This document shows positions 13,461 to 26,140 of a stretch of 64,000 nt of DNA, one piece after another; position 1 is the stretch's first letter, and every line of letters begins with the position of its first letter. Under the pieces are notes generated by a model that was given only the letters and a program-made list of their open reading frames with translations, had not been told where the DNA came from and did not search any database. The position numbers and the translations under genes are program-made. Source of the DNA: the human T2T-CHM13v2.0 reference genome, Homo sapiens; NCBI RefSeq assembly GCF_009914755.1, contig NC_060942.1, one strand, 5' to 3'.

Positions 13461-16400
13461 TCAAAGAGGCACTTCACCAATTGGCTGTGGCTAGAAATGG
13501 TTCTCTTTCAGTTTCAGTCCATCCAACCACATTCTCACTTCCTGAGCATGCTTTTGTTAGCTCTTAATTGCGCTGAGAGAATTGGGTACAAGAGTTCAAA
13601 TTGTAATTAACAGAAAATTCACAGCTGGAGCTTCCATTGTCCTATGCGTTTAGTTAGTCCTCTCACCTGCAAATTTGCATTGCCAATATATTTATGTAGC
13701 TCTTTGTTGTTTCCAGAGAACTTTCAGATGCATCATTATAGTTAATTTTCATGGCAACTCCATAAGATAACACTGCATAAGATTGCTTCCCTGCAAAAAG
13801 AAGGAAACTGAAGTCCAGGATGTTAAGAACTTGATTGAGAAATGGCAAATCCAGATCCAGTTCCTCTATTTCAGTGTTTCTCCCTGTCTTCCACATTTTT
13901 CAGCCTATAATAGGCCTATCTTGATGCCCAGGGCAGGCTGACTAGCTGTGATGAGGAAGGAGCAGTTCTTGGGAATAAAGCCTCTGTCAGTAGCTTAATA
14001 ATGGCCTTGGTCATGAAGGTAAGATGCAGAGATACACATATTTTTTAATTGAATTTCAGTTAACGGTGTAAAAACATACTATTTCTAGCCAACTGAGGGA
14101 CTACCTAGGAAATATGTTTTTACCCAACCCCGATAGTGACTTTCTCCTTGGAGGAGGATTTGAGCTCATTCACTCCTGGACCTGAGCATCATGTAGGAGA
14201 GAGATAAGTCCAGCAGGAGCTCAGCTGCTGAGGCACTTCCATGACTGGAAGCACTTGGATCAGAGCTGATCAGAAGGTGGACCTGTCAGTCCAGCTCACC
14301 ACACCTTATACAAGTTAATGAGGAACCTTTCTCAATAGCAATTAATGAGCTTTACTGCTGTGCTAAAATTAGAGCTGAAAGGTAAACACAGATATATCAC
14401 TGGAATGGAATAATAATGTTATATATATGCAAAAATTTGAGTGTGCATTAGCAATTCTGTTGCCCTTGGAGTTCATCAAAGCCCTAATATGAGCTGTGCA
14501 GAGACAGAGGGACAATGCATTCTGCTTCGCCAGGGACAGTCTCAGTGCAGCTTGTCGTCCTTACATAATTACTATGTCCCTTTTCACTCTCATAAGTGTT
14601 CCGCTTGGCTGGTAAAGCATACAGTCTCCCAAAGCACAGAGCTCAGCATATCATAGGCATTTAGGAAAGGTTAGTTCTCTTCCTTGACAAGTCAATAATA
14701 TCTGCTGGGAAATAGCCACACAAGCTGTGCATTTTGTCCATTTAAGGAACCTATTCTTGACAGTAGAAGTTGAAATCAGGACATTTTCCTCAATGAAGGT
14801 CTTCTTTTTAAACGTGATAATGCTTATTCAAATTCATATTGGCACAATAATTGGCCTGACTTCTGCAGGCTTTGGATTCAGTTGAGCAAATGAGGAAAGG
14901 GGTCTCTGGTTCTTCTGCATAAATCAGTAAAATCATCATCACTAATATTGTCTCTAACTTAGTAAATTATTTCTTCTTGTACATGTTTATTTTCTCTCAC
15001 AGCAACCCTATTAAGTGGGACAGTCTCAGGGACCAGAGATGTAACAGAAGTTTAGGAATAGGCTTAAGATCCACAACTAATTAGAGAATATCACTGAAAC
15101 TGGGACCTGGGCCTCCCACCTTTTCATTCTACATTCTTCCATCAATCCTGCCTCTTGTAGATGTTCCCAACAGCTGTATCTTGAAGTATCTATGTTGACT
15201 TAAGACTTTTTTTTAGCACCAGTAAAACTGATGAAGAATTAGCATGCTGACCGAGGTGATGGTGCAGAATTGGCTTACTCTAAAACATGCATTGTTGCCA
15301 GTTTATTCATCTAGTGTGGCCGAGGGGCAGCCTCATGAAACAAGCCTTATATTTGTTTAGTGCATTTATGGTTTACAAAATGTTTTCTTTGCAGTGTCTG
15401 TTTGTGGCATCTGCTTGAAGCATTGGGAGTGTAAGGCACAGGTAAGCAGTAGAGGTCTTGCTATCACCATTCTTTGCCTAACAGAGGAGGAAAGAGGCTC
15501 AGGAAGATTAAGTGAATTGCTCAAGGTCACATATTTAGTAAATGCAAGAACATGGCTAAAGGCCATGTACTTCTGCTATCTGGTCTGCCAAAGGGTCCTC
15601 TTTCCTGATTTCAAGGGGCTTCTCTACCATGCTATGAAATTTGATTCTAGGGCCCGCCGGGTTCATCATAAGCACCTCATGAAGTACTGAGCTGACTCCT
15701 CTATGAAGGGGGACTAGTATGGTCTCTGACTGCTGCAGTGGTTAAAAATGAAGCAGCTTTATACATGGTATTGACTATTTTAATGGCCAGAAAGACCAAA
15801 AAGTCCTGGGAAGTTAATTAAGGAGCTCATTTTTGAATGGAGCCAAGCTGGCAGAAGGCAATTAGAGACTGGGAAAGGACTTAGGAATGAAAGTGTTTTG
15901 AAAGCTTGTAGACCTTGCCTGTCATGAGTAAGAAATGAGATTGGGAACTCTAGAGGCTCACGGAGGTTAAAGAAGATAAAGAAACAGCCAGAAGAGGGTT
16001 CAAGGACATGCCAAACCTCCTTCTATTGGGAAACTGTGTTGGTTCCTTATTTGAAGCAGTGGGTACTTGAGGGGCAAGGAGTTTTTGACAAATAAAAATC
16101 TATAAAGAACAGGGCTCGAGGAGAAACAGTCACTGATGTGGAATTGAGGACACAAAAATACTCACTTTCTCTCTGTTAGAACAAAGCCATTCCCCCTCGC
16201 TAGGATCTTTGATAGATCTCAATAAGAGAATCAAAGACACTAGGCCCTCAGCCCAGCAGAAGCAGCCAACTCACGTGAACCAATTAATTACAACCCCCCC
16301 GCTTGGTGTCTGTCTTCTTTCTTTCTGGCTTATTTTCTATCAACCTTGTGTGACTGAAGGCACAGACTGATGTAGATTTCCTTACCCGAATTAGAGGCTT

Positions 16401-16709
16401 GTGTTGCCAAGCAATATGGGAAAATTTATTGATTGATCAAAGTAAAAATGTATTGACTGATGGAGGGGAGAAGGCTGTCATGTCTGTTGCTTTTTGTTCA
16501 TGACTTTTAAAGAAGTTGACTTAGAATCATTGGATCTTAGCATTGAAAAAAGGAACCTTAGGGGCTGTGTAGTCCAACTTTTCATCTAATGCAGGTAGGT
16601 ACCCAAATAGAGGACAATTCAGACAATTTTGGAACACTCAGAGAGTTAAAACTTAGCATCTCGCAGCATTGTCCATTTGAATTCTAAACTCTTTACCTGT
16701 TAACCATAA

Positions 16710-16935
16710 TATAGCACCTATTGTGTAGTGGGCACTGGTGTGAGTCCTTTACAATCACTAAGTCATTCGTCCCACACTAATTTTATCCCTATTTTACAGA
16801 TGAAAAAATTGAGACATGGAGAGGTTAAGTGACTTGCCTGAGGCCACACAGCTAGTAAGCGACAGAGATGGGACTGGAACACAGGCAACCAGCCTCCAAA
16901 CTGTGCACTTAATTACCAGCTTTGTTGTCTCTCTG
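16710..16935 (-). mobile_element. MIR within a degenerate L3/CR1 fragment
   Basis: ATTTTACAGATGAAAAAATTGAGACATGGAGAGGTTAAGTGACTTGCCTGAGGCCACACAGCTAGTAAG. Confidence 0.85.
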
Positions 16936-17419
16936 ATAAGACATCTCTAGTAATTAAGATTTTTTTCCTTTCTTATTTTGCGTCATCAAAATTGGCCCCT
17001 TGCAATTTCTACCCTAGAGTTTTTCATGTCATGATTCATCCATTATTGTCAGACACATCATTGTGTCTTCCCATCGTCTTTCCATCTGCAGGCTGGCAAT
17101 CCTTAGTTCTCCCAACAGTTTCTCATGTGGCATGATTTCCATCCTCCAGGTGCTTCCTCTGGCTGTGAAAAACACCTGAGATTTACAGTCAGCCCTACCT
17201 GGGCTGGAGTCCCAGCTTCCCTACTTCCTAGCTGTATATGCTTCAGCAGATAACCCGCAGTCTTTCTGAGCAGAGAGTCCTCTATTTGTGAAGTGGAACG
17301 AATCCTAAACTCCCTGGCTCATTGTGAAGAATAAGCAAAGGGCAGGACTTGTAGTGTGAGCTCCATAAAGGGGAATTATTACTGTTGTTGTTATAAGCAA
17401 TGACAACTAAATCCACTCC

Positions 17420-19467
17420 CCTAAAAGGACCTATAGATTCATGCAGTCCCAGTGAAAACCCTGGAAGGCTAATTTGAAGAAATTGACAAGCTGATTCTAA
17501 AATTTGTATGAACATGCACAAGATCCAAAATAGCAAAACAATATTGCAAAAGAAAAATGTTAGAGGACTCACACTACCTGAGTCAGGGTTCTCCAGAGGG
17601 ACAGAATTAATAGGATATATATATATATGAAAGGGAGTTTATTAGGGAGAATTGGCTCACACAATCACAAGGCGAAGTCCCGCGACAAACTGTCTGCAAG
17701 GTGTGGAAGAAAGAAGCCAGTAGTGGCTCAGTCTGAGTCCATTCAAAAGCAGGGAAGCTGATAGTGCAGCCTTCAGTCTGTGGCCAAAGGCCCAAGAGAC
17801 CCTGGCAAACCACTGGTGTAACTCCAAAAGTCCAAAGGCTGAAGAGCCTGGAGTCTGATGTCCAAGGCAGGAGGAATGGAAGGAGGCATCCAGCATGGGA
17901 GAAATATGAAAGCCGGAAGACTCAGCAAGGCAGCTTATCCCATCTTCTTCCGCCTGCTTTATTCTAGCCGCGCTGGCAGCCAATTGCATGGTGCCCACCC
18001 ACACTGAGGGTGGGTCTTCCTCTCCCAGTGCACTGACTCAAATGTCAGTCTCCTCTGGCAACACCCTCACAGACACACCAAGAAACAATACTTTACCAAC
18101 TCTAGGCATCGTTCAATCAAGTTGACACCTAATATTAACCATCACAGCTGCAGTAATAAAGATAGTATAAAGATAGACAAATAGATCAATGAAACAGAAA
18201 AGAGGGTCTAGAAACACACCCATACATTTACAGTCAATTGATTTTTGACAGACACAGTTGATTCGACAGGAAAGGCCTTTATCAGGTGGTGCTAGAAAAA
18301 AATGGATATTAATCTGTAAATAAAACAATCCTTGATCCTACCTAGCTCTGTACACATCAAAACTAATTTGAGATAGTTCATAAGCTTCATGTAAAAGTAA
18401 AACAAAAAGCTTGAAGAAAACAAAGCAGAATATTTTTAAGATTTTTGATTAGAGATTAGGGTACAAAAAGTACAAATCATAAAAGAAAATAAGATAAATT
18501 AGAATTTATCAAAACCAGATATGTCTCTTCATGAAGAGCTGTTATTAAGAAAATTAATAGGCAATCCATAGGCTAGCAGGAAATATTTGTAATACATAAA
18601 AATCAGGCCTTAAAATGAAATATTTGAAGAACTCCTACTAATCAATAATAAAAGATGAACCACTCAGTGAAAAACATGGCAAAAGACTTGAAAAGACATT
18701 TGATCTACAAATGGCCAGTCAAGGATTTAACATCATTTGTCATAAGGGAAATATAAATGAAAACCACAATGGGATACTATTCACAGCCACTAGAATAGCT
18801 AAAATCAGAAAGACTGGCAACGCCGGATGTTGGCAAGGATATGGAATGACTGGAACACTTCTAGAGTACTGGTGGGAGTATAAAGTGATACAATTATCTT
18901 AGAGAACTGTTTGGCAATTCTTATAAGGTTAAACATACATACCCTATGACCCAACCAATTTACTCTTAGTTACACAAGAGAAATGCAAACGTGTCCATAA
19001 AATGACTCATATGAGAATGTTTATAGCAGCTTATTCATAATAATCCCAAGTTGAAATCAACCCAAAGTTCCGTGAAAGCAGAATGGATAAACAAACTGTG
19101 GTATGATTTTGAAAAATGGAATAATACTCAGCAATACAAAGGATTAAAAACCCAAGATATGCAAAATAATCTCCAAAACCTAATAGTGAATGAAAAATCC
19201 AGGAAAAAAACATACCTTCCAAATGATTCTATTTACAAGAAGTTCAAGAACAAACGAAACTAATACAGAGTGGTAGAAATCAGAACCGTCATTGCCTTTG
19301 GCGAGGGTGGGTGGGAATTGACTGGAAGAGGGCATGAGGAAGCTTTCTGGGGTAACAGACACATTCTATATCTTGATTGTGGTGATGGTCATATGGGTAG
19401 ACACAGTCTTCAAGACTCATTAAATTGAACACTTAAGATCTGGGAAAATTCTACCTACATGTTAAGA
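17420..19467 (+). mobile_element. Old L1M (L1MD/ME-type): end of ORF2 plus 3' UTR, split by an MLT2
   Basis: GAAATTGACAAGCTGATTCTAAAATT, CACAGCCACTAGAATAGCTAAAAT, GAATGTTTATAGCAGCTT; heavily disrupted reading frame. Confidence 0.88.
17580..18146 (-). mobile_element. MLT2A/B (ERVL) solo LTR
   Basis: GTCAGGGTTCTCCAGAGGGACAGAA...CTGACTCAAATG...AAGTTGACACCTAATATTAACCATCACA. Confidence 0.92.
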
Positions 19468-19819
19468 GATAAATGGTAACATGTGAAATAGAAGATATTA
19501 TGACTTATTATGAACAGTGACTACAGTAGTTTTTTATTCTCATGATTTGAACTTTCTGCTTCTATTAATGTAGACTGAAATTACGTTAGCTGTGTTTTTC
19601 TTTTTTGGCAGCTTCATCACACGCTTTCCATTTATTGTATTTGTGGCTAATGGTAACTGCCAAGTTTCTCTTCTTTTTAGACGTGAATTACTGCCAAGCA
19701 GGGCTCCTTTATGAAATACCTGCTTCGTTTGTCTCAGTGGGTGTCTATATGCAGGCCTTGAAGGAATGAATAGAACTCAGATAAACAAAGGTGGGATTTC
19801 TGAAAGGAGTAATGCTGTA

Positions 19820-20080
19820 AATAATAAGAACAGATTCCCATTAAATAGTACTCAGCGCTGGGAGCTTTTCTAGGGCTTCACACATGTTCACCCATTCAAT
19901 TCTCACAACTCCATGGGTAGGTGCTATTGTCATCCGCATTTTCTCCATGGGCTGACTTGAGGTACAGTGAGGTTAAATGACTTGTCCAAGGTTATATGGC
20001 CAGTAAGGGGTGCGGGTAGAGCTGGAGTTTGAGTCCTGGCAGCTCTGATGCCAAAATCTGTGCTTCTTCCGCCTGTGCTA
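19820..20080 (-). mobile_element. MIR
   Basis: TGAGGTACAGTGAGGTTAAATGACTTGTCCAAGG core. Confidence 0.75.
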
Positions 20081-20722
20081 TGTTATGCCTGGCCCCTGGT
20101 TTGCTTCTTCTGTTTGATGTGTTGACTGTAATTGACCTGGGATTTGATCTGTCTCTGGTTAATCCTCTTACAATAGCATGAGCCTAGGTCACTCCCCTAA
20201 GGAACATCATACCCAGAGCATTTTATGAATCCTTCATGAGAATTCTCTTGTGGGAGAACCTGTTTATGAAGGAACAACACTGGGTTCATTAGAAGAGTGG
20301 CCCTGATGAGCTCCAGACCTCATTACAGGTCCAGCACAGTCCTCTCTGCAGTCTCTCTTGATGCACCTAAGTGCAAAGAATTCCTTAAATAGCATCCATT
20401 GGCCATAAGGTGCATGATGCTATTCTATGTATCCACCAAAATCAACATCAGTGGTATAATGTCAGATAAGGGAAGCACTGCTTGGTAGCAATTCATGTCC
20501 AAAAGGAAGAGAAACTTGGCAATTATCATTAGCCATAGATTCTGTAAATGACAAGAGTGTGATGAGGCTGTTAAACACAAGATCAAAACCAAACAAAACT
20601 TCACACAGTCTCAGCCCACGTTAATGGAAGTAGAAAGTTGAAATCATGGGAGTAAACAGCTCTACTGCACTCATTACTGTTTCAAGTAAATCTTAGCATG
20701 TTCAATGTCAGGTGTCATTATT

Positions 20723-20915
20723 TTTTAACCTGTAGGTAGAATTTGCACAGATCTTAAGTGTTCAATTTAAAAGCACAGATTTTGGCATCGGATCTTAAGT
20801 GTTATGACAATTGCATTTACCCATATAACCATTACCCCAGTTAAGATATAGAATGTTTCTGTTATCCCTAAAAGTTTTGTCATGTCCCCTTTCAGTCAAT
20901 TCCCATTCAACCCAA
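20723..20915 (-). mobile_element. L1M 3'-end fragment, inverted relative to the upstream L1, inside an L3/CR1 remnant
   Basis: CAGATCTTAAGTGTTCAATTTA...AAGATATAGAATG...CAGTCAATTCCCA is the reverse complement of about 19305-19467. Confidence 0.8.
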
Positions 20916-22399
20916 TGAAAAGTATATGTTGATCCCTAGAGAAAAGAAGCCTTCTGGACCAGATTGGGATTTTTCTTTACTAACCTTTACTAAGCACTTT
21001 GTACATGTCACAAACCCACAGGAAAGGTCTCTTGGAATTGGGTGGCATAGTCTGGAGACAGCTTGTTGCAGAGACAGATCCAGAGATATTACCAACTGGA
21101 AACACTAAAAGCTAGTTTCCACTCCCAGCGGCCAGTCCTGAATGATGCTCACCTGTCTCTGAAATCATGACTCTGTCCTGCTCATCTTGTTTCTACACTA
21201 GTGGCCCCAGGGAGTCTTGCTAGATCAAAACATAGGTTTCTGGTTTTACATCCCAAAGAAAGCTGCCATGAGCATGTAATTAACTAGAAAGTTCCAGGTG
21301 ATGATTTATAAATCTTATTTAGACCTTTACAGTGATCTACTTTCTTAGTGGCTTGTGTCAAATTGGCTTTGGTGGCTACCCTTGAGTTGCTGTAAGTGGG
21401 ACAGAAAGAAGACATTGATCATGTTGGACCAGGAGGCACCCCCAGGACATAGCATAGTGTTAGATATGGGGGAAATGCCTAATATATGTGCTTGTTTGAG
21501 AAACCATACCTAGATTATCTCTGGGGCTCCAGCATAGTTCAGCTGTGTATAGACACTTCTTTGGGCTGCAAAATCCTCATTTGAAAATTGAGATTAATGC
21601 CATCTCTCTATTGCAAGATGATGGAGAAAGTTAAATGAGGTATTAAGTAGTTAGAGCTCTGAAAATATATAAAAGTGGCACAGCATTAGGAAGGATCACA
21701 TATTAAAGCATCTCTATCTCTTTGAAGAAGCTGAGCTGGGGGGAAAAACAAGTAGTGAGATTTGGGACAATGAAACAACTTTTTTAGTCCCTCTGTGTTT
21801 AAAAATTCACTCTTACACATTCATCCTTTTGGGTTTTAAAAGCTTCCTGGGCCTTCACGGCCCCTCCAACCACTACCACAACACCCCTTTCTTCCCAGCT
21901 AAAACCTCCAAGATATGTTAGACCTTAAAACTTGATCTTCTGAATGGAGTCAGCTGGGTTTAATATTAGATACCTACTGCATGCCAAGCACTGTGAAGGT
22001 AATAAAAATAAGCAAGAAATAGCGGCTGTCCTCCAGGAATTTCTAACTCGATCACATCACTTACAACAGGAGAAGAATCCCAGACAAACAGTCCTCCCGC
22101 TTCATTCACTAACCGACACTACTGGTCTTCTTACCAGTTTACCTTGATCTGTCTTGTCCCTGCCTTTTCACACATTAAATAATTAATTCTGGAGTTTTCT
22201 CTCTACAATAAGCAATGGCCTGGCTAGGAAAAAAAATCATCTCAAGAACTTCTAAGAAAAAACAAAAAACAAAATGACTGTGTCTTTTGAAGGAATCATA
22301 AGTATACTATGATTCTCTGTTCTCAGTTTATGGATAGCTTTGGTTTAAAACATGTCCATATGCCTTTATCTTCATAATTCATGCCTTAGGCTGTCCCTT

Positions 22400-22895
22400 C
22401 TTTACAACTAAACTTCACATTTTATTTGGATTTCACTAACTGTTTCATTAATGACCGCTTTCTGTTCCAGGATTCAGTCCAGAGTTTAGCATTGCACTTA
22501 GTTGTCATGTCTCCTCCGCTCTGAGTTTCTTGGTCTTCCCTTGTTTTTTCATGACTTTGGCAGTCTTGAGGAGTACTAGTCAGATGTCCCTGAAGCTAGG
22601 TTTGTCTGATTATTTTTATCATAATTATATTGGGGTTAGTGGGTTTTTGGGGGAAGAAACAACACAGAGGTGAAATGACCCTCTTGTCATGTCATATCAG
22701 GGGATACATGATATCCCCATGATTGGTGATGTTAACCTTGATCACTTGGTTAAGGTGTAGTGTTTGCTAGGTTTCTCCCCTCTGAAGTTATTATTTTTCT
22801 CTTTCCATACTCTGTTCTTTGGAAGAGAGTCACTAAGTCTAGCACACCTTAAGTTTTACCTCCTGCAGCAGGGTGTATCTGCATGTGTTATTTAG
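22400..22895 (-). mobile_element. L1MC 3' region fragment
   Basis: TTCTGTTCCAGGAT...TTAGTTGTCATGTCTCC...TGGTGATGTTAACCTTGATCACTTGGTTAAGG. Confidence 0.8.
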
Positions 22896-23197
22896 ATTAA
22901 TATGATTTGAACAGAATTAATATTCAGCCTCTCCATACAGCACCACTGAACTTCACACTACAGGTCATTCTCACTGTGTACCTTGAGAACAATAGCTAAT
23001 TAATCCTAATTAGAAATTATAACAGGCTCTCACTAACTCTTACTTCTCTAATCTGTAAATAGAACAGATTTTTAAAAACCCTATCAGTCTTTTTACCTCA
23101 CTTCTAAGCTAAGATTTATATAGCTAAAAGTGACAATATATGCTTAATCCATGAAATCTATGTCTATGAACATATTTCATTTTTTACTTTTATTATT

Positions 23198-23488
23198 ATT
23201 ATTATTTTGAGACGGAGTCCCGCTGTCGCCCAGGTTGGAGTACAGGGGTACAATCTCGGCTCACTGCAACCTTTGCCTTTTGGGTTCAAGCAATTCTCGT
23301 GCCTCAGCCTCCTAATAGCTGGGAGTAAAGGCATGTGCCACCACACCCGGCTAATTTTTTGTATTTTTAGTAGAGGCGGGGTTTTGCCATGTTGCCCAGG
23401 CTGGTCTTGAACTACTGGGCTCAAGCGGTCCACCTCCCTCAGCTTCCCAAAGTGCTGGGTTTACAAGTGTGAACCACTGTGCCTGGCC
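23198..23488 (-). mobile_element. Alu (AluJb-like) with (ATT)n tail
   Basis: Reverse Alu; TSD T(A/G)CTTTTATTATT. Confidence 0.95.
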
Positions 23489-23992
23489 TGCTTTTATTAT
23501 TTTTAATAGACACATAATAATTAGATACTATAAATGTATTTAAAACAGGTTATCTGTGGAGCCTCAGCCTGAGTAACTTTCCACAAATGTTTTACTTTGT
23601 GTTTTCTGCTTTCCTGAGGAGTATCTAAGTCATTTATAGAGAAATGTGTTTGTGAAAATAGCTTGGATTTTAATCTATATGTTATATTACAACCTCTAAA
23701 TGGAACATCTTACTCTAAGGGGTGCAAAGCCAATTATTACATATAATTAGGTAATATCTGCATTCTCAAAAAACCCCAGTCTCCTTATGACTTGGTTTCT
23801 AGTAGAACAGGGTTTAGTTTCAGATGCCTTCAATTCTGCCGAGTAGAAGCCACTGTATTTGATATAGTTTGTGTATTCTAATCATTTCCCCGTATGTATA
23901 TGCAACTATGCTTCACCCCAACCACACTGAATATTTGGAGAGAACAGTCGGCGACTTCCAGCTTTGTCTCCCAGTGACTAGCCTGTGGCATT

Positions 23993-24499
23993 TGTAGAGT
24001 TGTTGGTTGTTTATCCAACATTGATGTGTGCCTTTCCTTCTATCCCACAGAATCCCAATTTATTCAGGAACCTCTCCCCTCTCCCTAACCAGGCATCTCA
24101 GGGGAAACTAACCGACACATAGCTCCAGGGGCAGGTCTGATTGGTTGAAGGCATTCCTCCTCCTCATTCATGATTAGCCTCAGAAGGGGCACATGGCCCC
24201 AAACAGCCCATGTAAGGAGCTTGCTGGGGGCTTCTGAGAAATTTTTCTTCATCTTAAGACAAAATGACGGGAGTGGTGAGGTGGCTTCTCTACCTATAGA
24301 CACTCATGCATAGCCATGACCATCAGAGCCACTAGAGCTGCCCACCTCCAGTCAGGGCACAAAACCAGGAGAATGTCAGGAGAACCACGGACCTGTGCTA
24401 AGCTGAGGCTTCCCATTTGTGAAACTGTAATAAATGTACTTTCTGTTTTAAGTTCAGTTTCCTATTACTTGCAGTCAAAGACTTCCTTGGTGATATACA
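23993..24499 (+). mobile_element. MLT1K-like solo LTR
   Basis: AGCTCCAGGGGCAGGTCTGATTGG...GGGGCTTCTGAGAAA...AATAAATG...TTACTTGCAGTCAAAG...GATATACA. Confidence 0.7.
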
Positions 24500-24745
24500 T
24501 TTATCAATAAGTGTCTTTATTTGATTGATTTTAGTGTCAAAGAACCTCTTAGAAAGAAGAGGATGCTTTTTAAAAAGTGAAAAAAAAAAATCACTAGTTC
24601 GCTTTGATTGGGAAAGGAATTTCATCCTAGATAGAAATTTTTTAAAAATATGTGGTTTTTATTCCTGTTCATTCCTTGTTCATAAACTTGCACATTAAAT
24701 GTTATTTTAAACTTTAGTATTGTTCACGATTTGAAGATAAAAAAG

Positions 24746-25124
<379 letters not shown>

Positions 25125-25839
25125 AGTTAGGGTGCCGTTGATTGATCTGTTTTGTCCTAGTGTGAAAATTGCCTGGCTTCTGGAAACCATGAAACAGTAT
25201 AGATTGTAGCCTCCTCTGAAACACATGCAACTTTCTCTACCCAGAGTTATTTTGTCTCAATTCCTTCCACCCCTCCTTCCACGGCTGCACCACTTCTCTT
25301 CCTCTTTCTCTTTTGGGTGTCCTCCTGCAGGTGGTTGTCCACTGAGCTGTGTCTTCCCAGATGCATGGTCAGCTCCACCTGGGTCTTTTGAATAGGATGC
25401 ACCTCTCCAGTACTGCAAGCTTCACCTGGCTCTTTCTTGGAGATCCTGTTTGCTGCAGTATAATATCAATTTATGACTATTTTGCTTCCTATTGAGACTC
25501 TGTGTGTGATGTCCATAGGCTTTCAAGCCCTGGAATTTCTCACCATTTCCTATCTTTTTCTTGCTGTGGGTCACTGGGCACATTCTGTACTCTTAGTCTT
25601 CTTCCTTTGTCATACCTCTTGCCTTCCGTGGCAGCTCATTGCAAGGGCTTTATGAGAATAGCTTTCTTTTCTCATCTCTAGTGGACACTTCATGCTTGTG
25701 TTCCCTCCATCCTATGGAAAGGACCCATTATTTTGATATTGCAAACCTTAGGCCAGTAAGTAAATTTCTTTTTTCTCTCCAGTCAACAGCTCAGTATTTC
25801 CTAGCTGGTATGATCCAGCTTTATCTCACACATTTTTAT

Positions 25840-26140
25840 AGTGTGTTTCTTAAATTATATTTCTCAGAATATAGTTCCTAAAGGTATTCTATAGAAATAT
25901 GATTCCATAGACAATGTAATTTGAGAAATGCCGCAGATCTTCCCAGAGAGTCACCATGCATATTAGCAAGTACATCGTAGGTCCCAATAAACCCTGTATA
26001 AAGACAACTGTTTAACTTATTTAACTATAATGCCCTCCACCTCTGCTTCCCCTTCGCCTCCTCACAACAAGGTCTATTCAATAGCCTATGAAACTGATCC
26101 AGTAGAATTTACCTTTCCCTGAACCCATTTGGGCTTTGCT
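25840..26140. mobile_element. hAT-Charlie MITE (MER112-like)
   Basis: GAGTCACCATGCATATTAGCA...CCTGTATAAAGACAACTGTTTAACTT. Confidence 0.5.

Noticed and set aside
17420-19000. L1 ORF2 as a CDS
   Set aside because: Multiple stops and frameshifts plus an LTR insertion; fossil only
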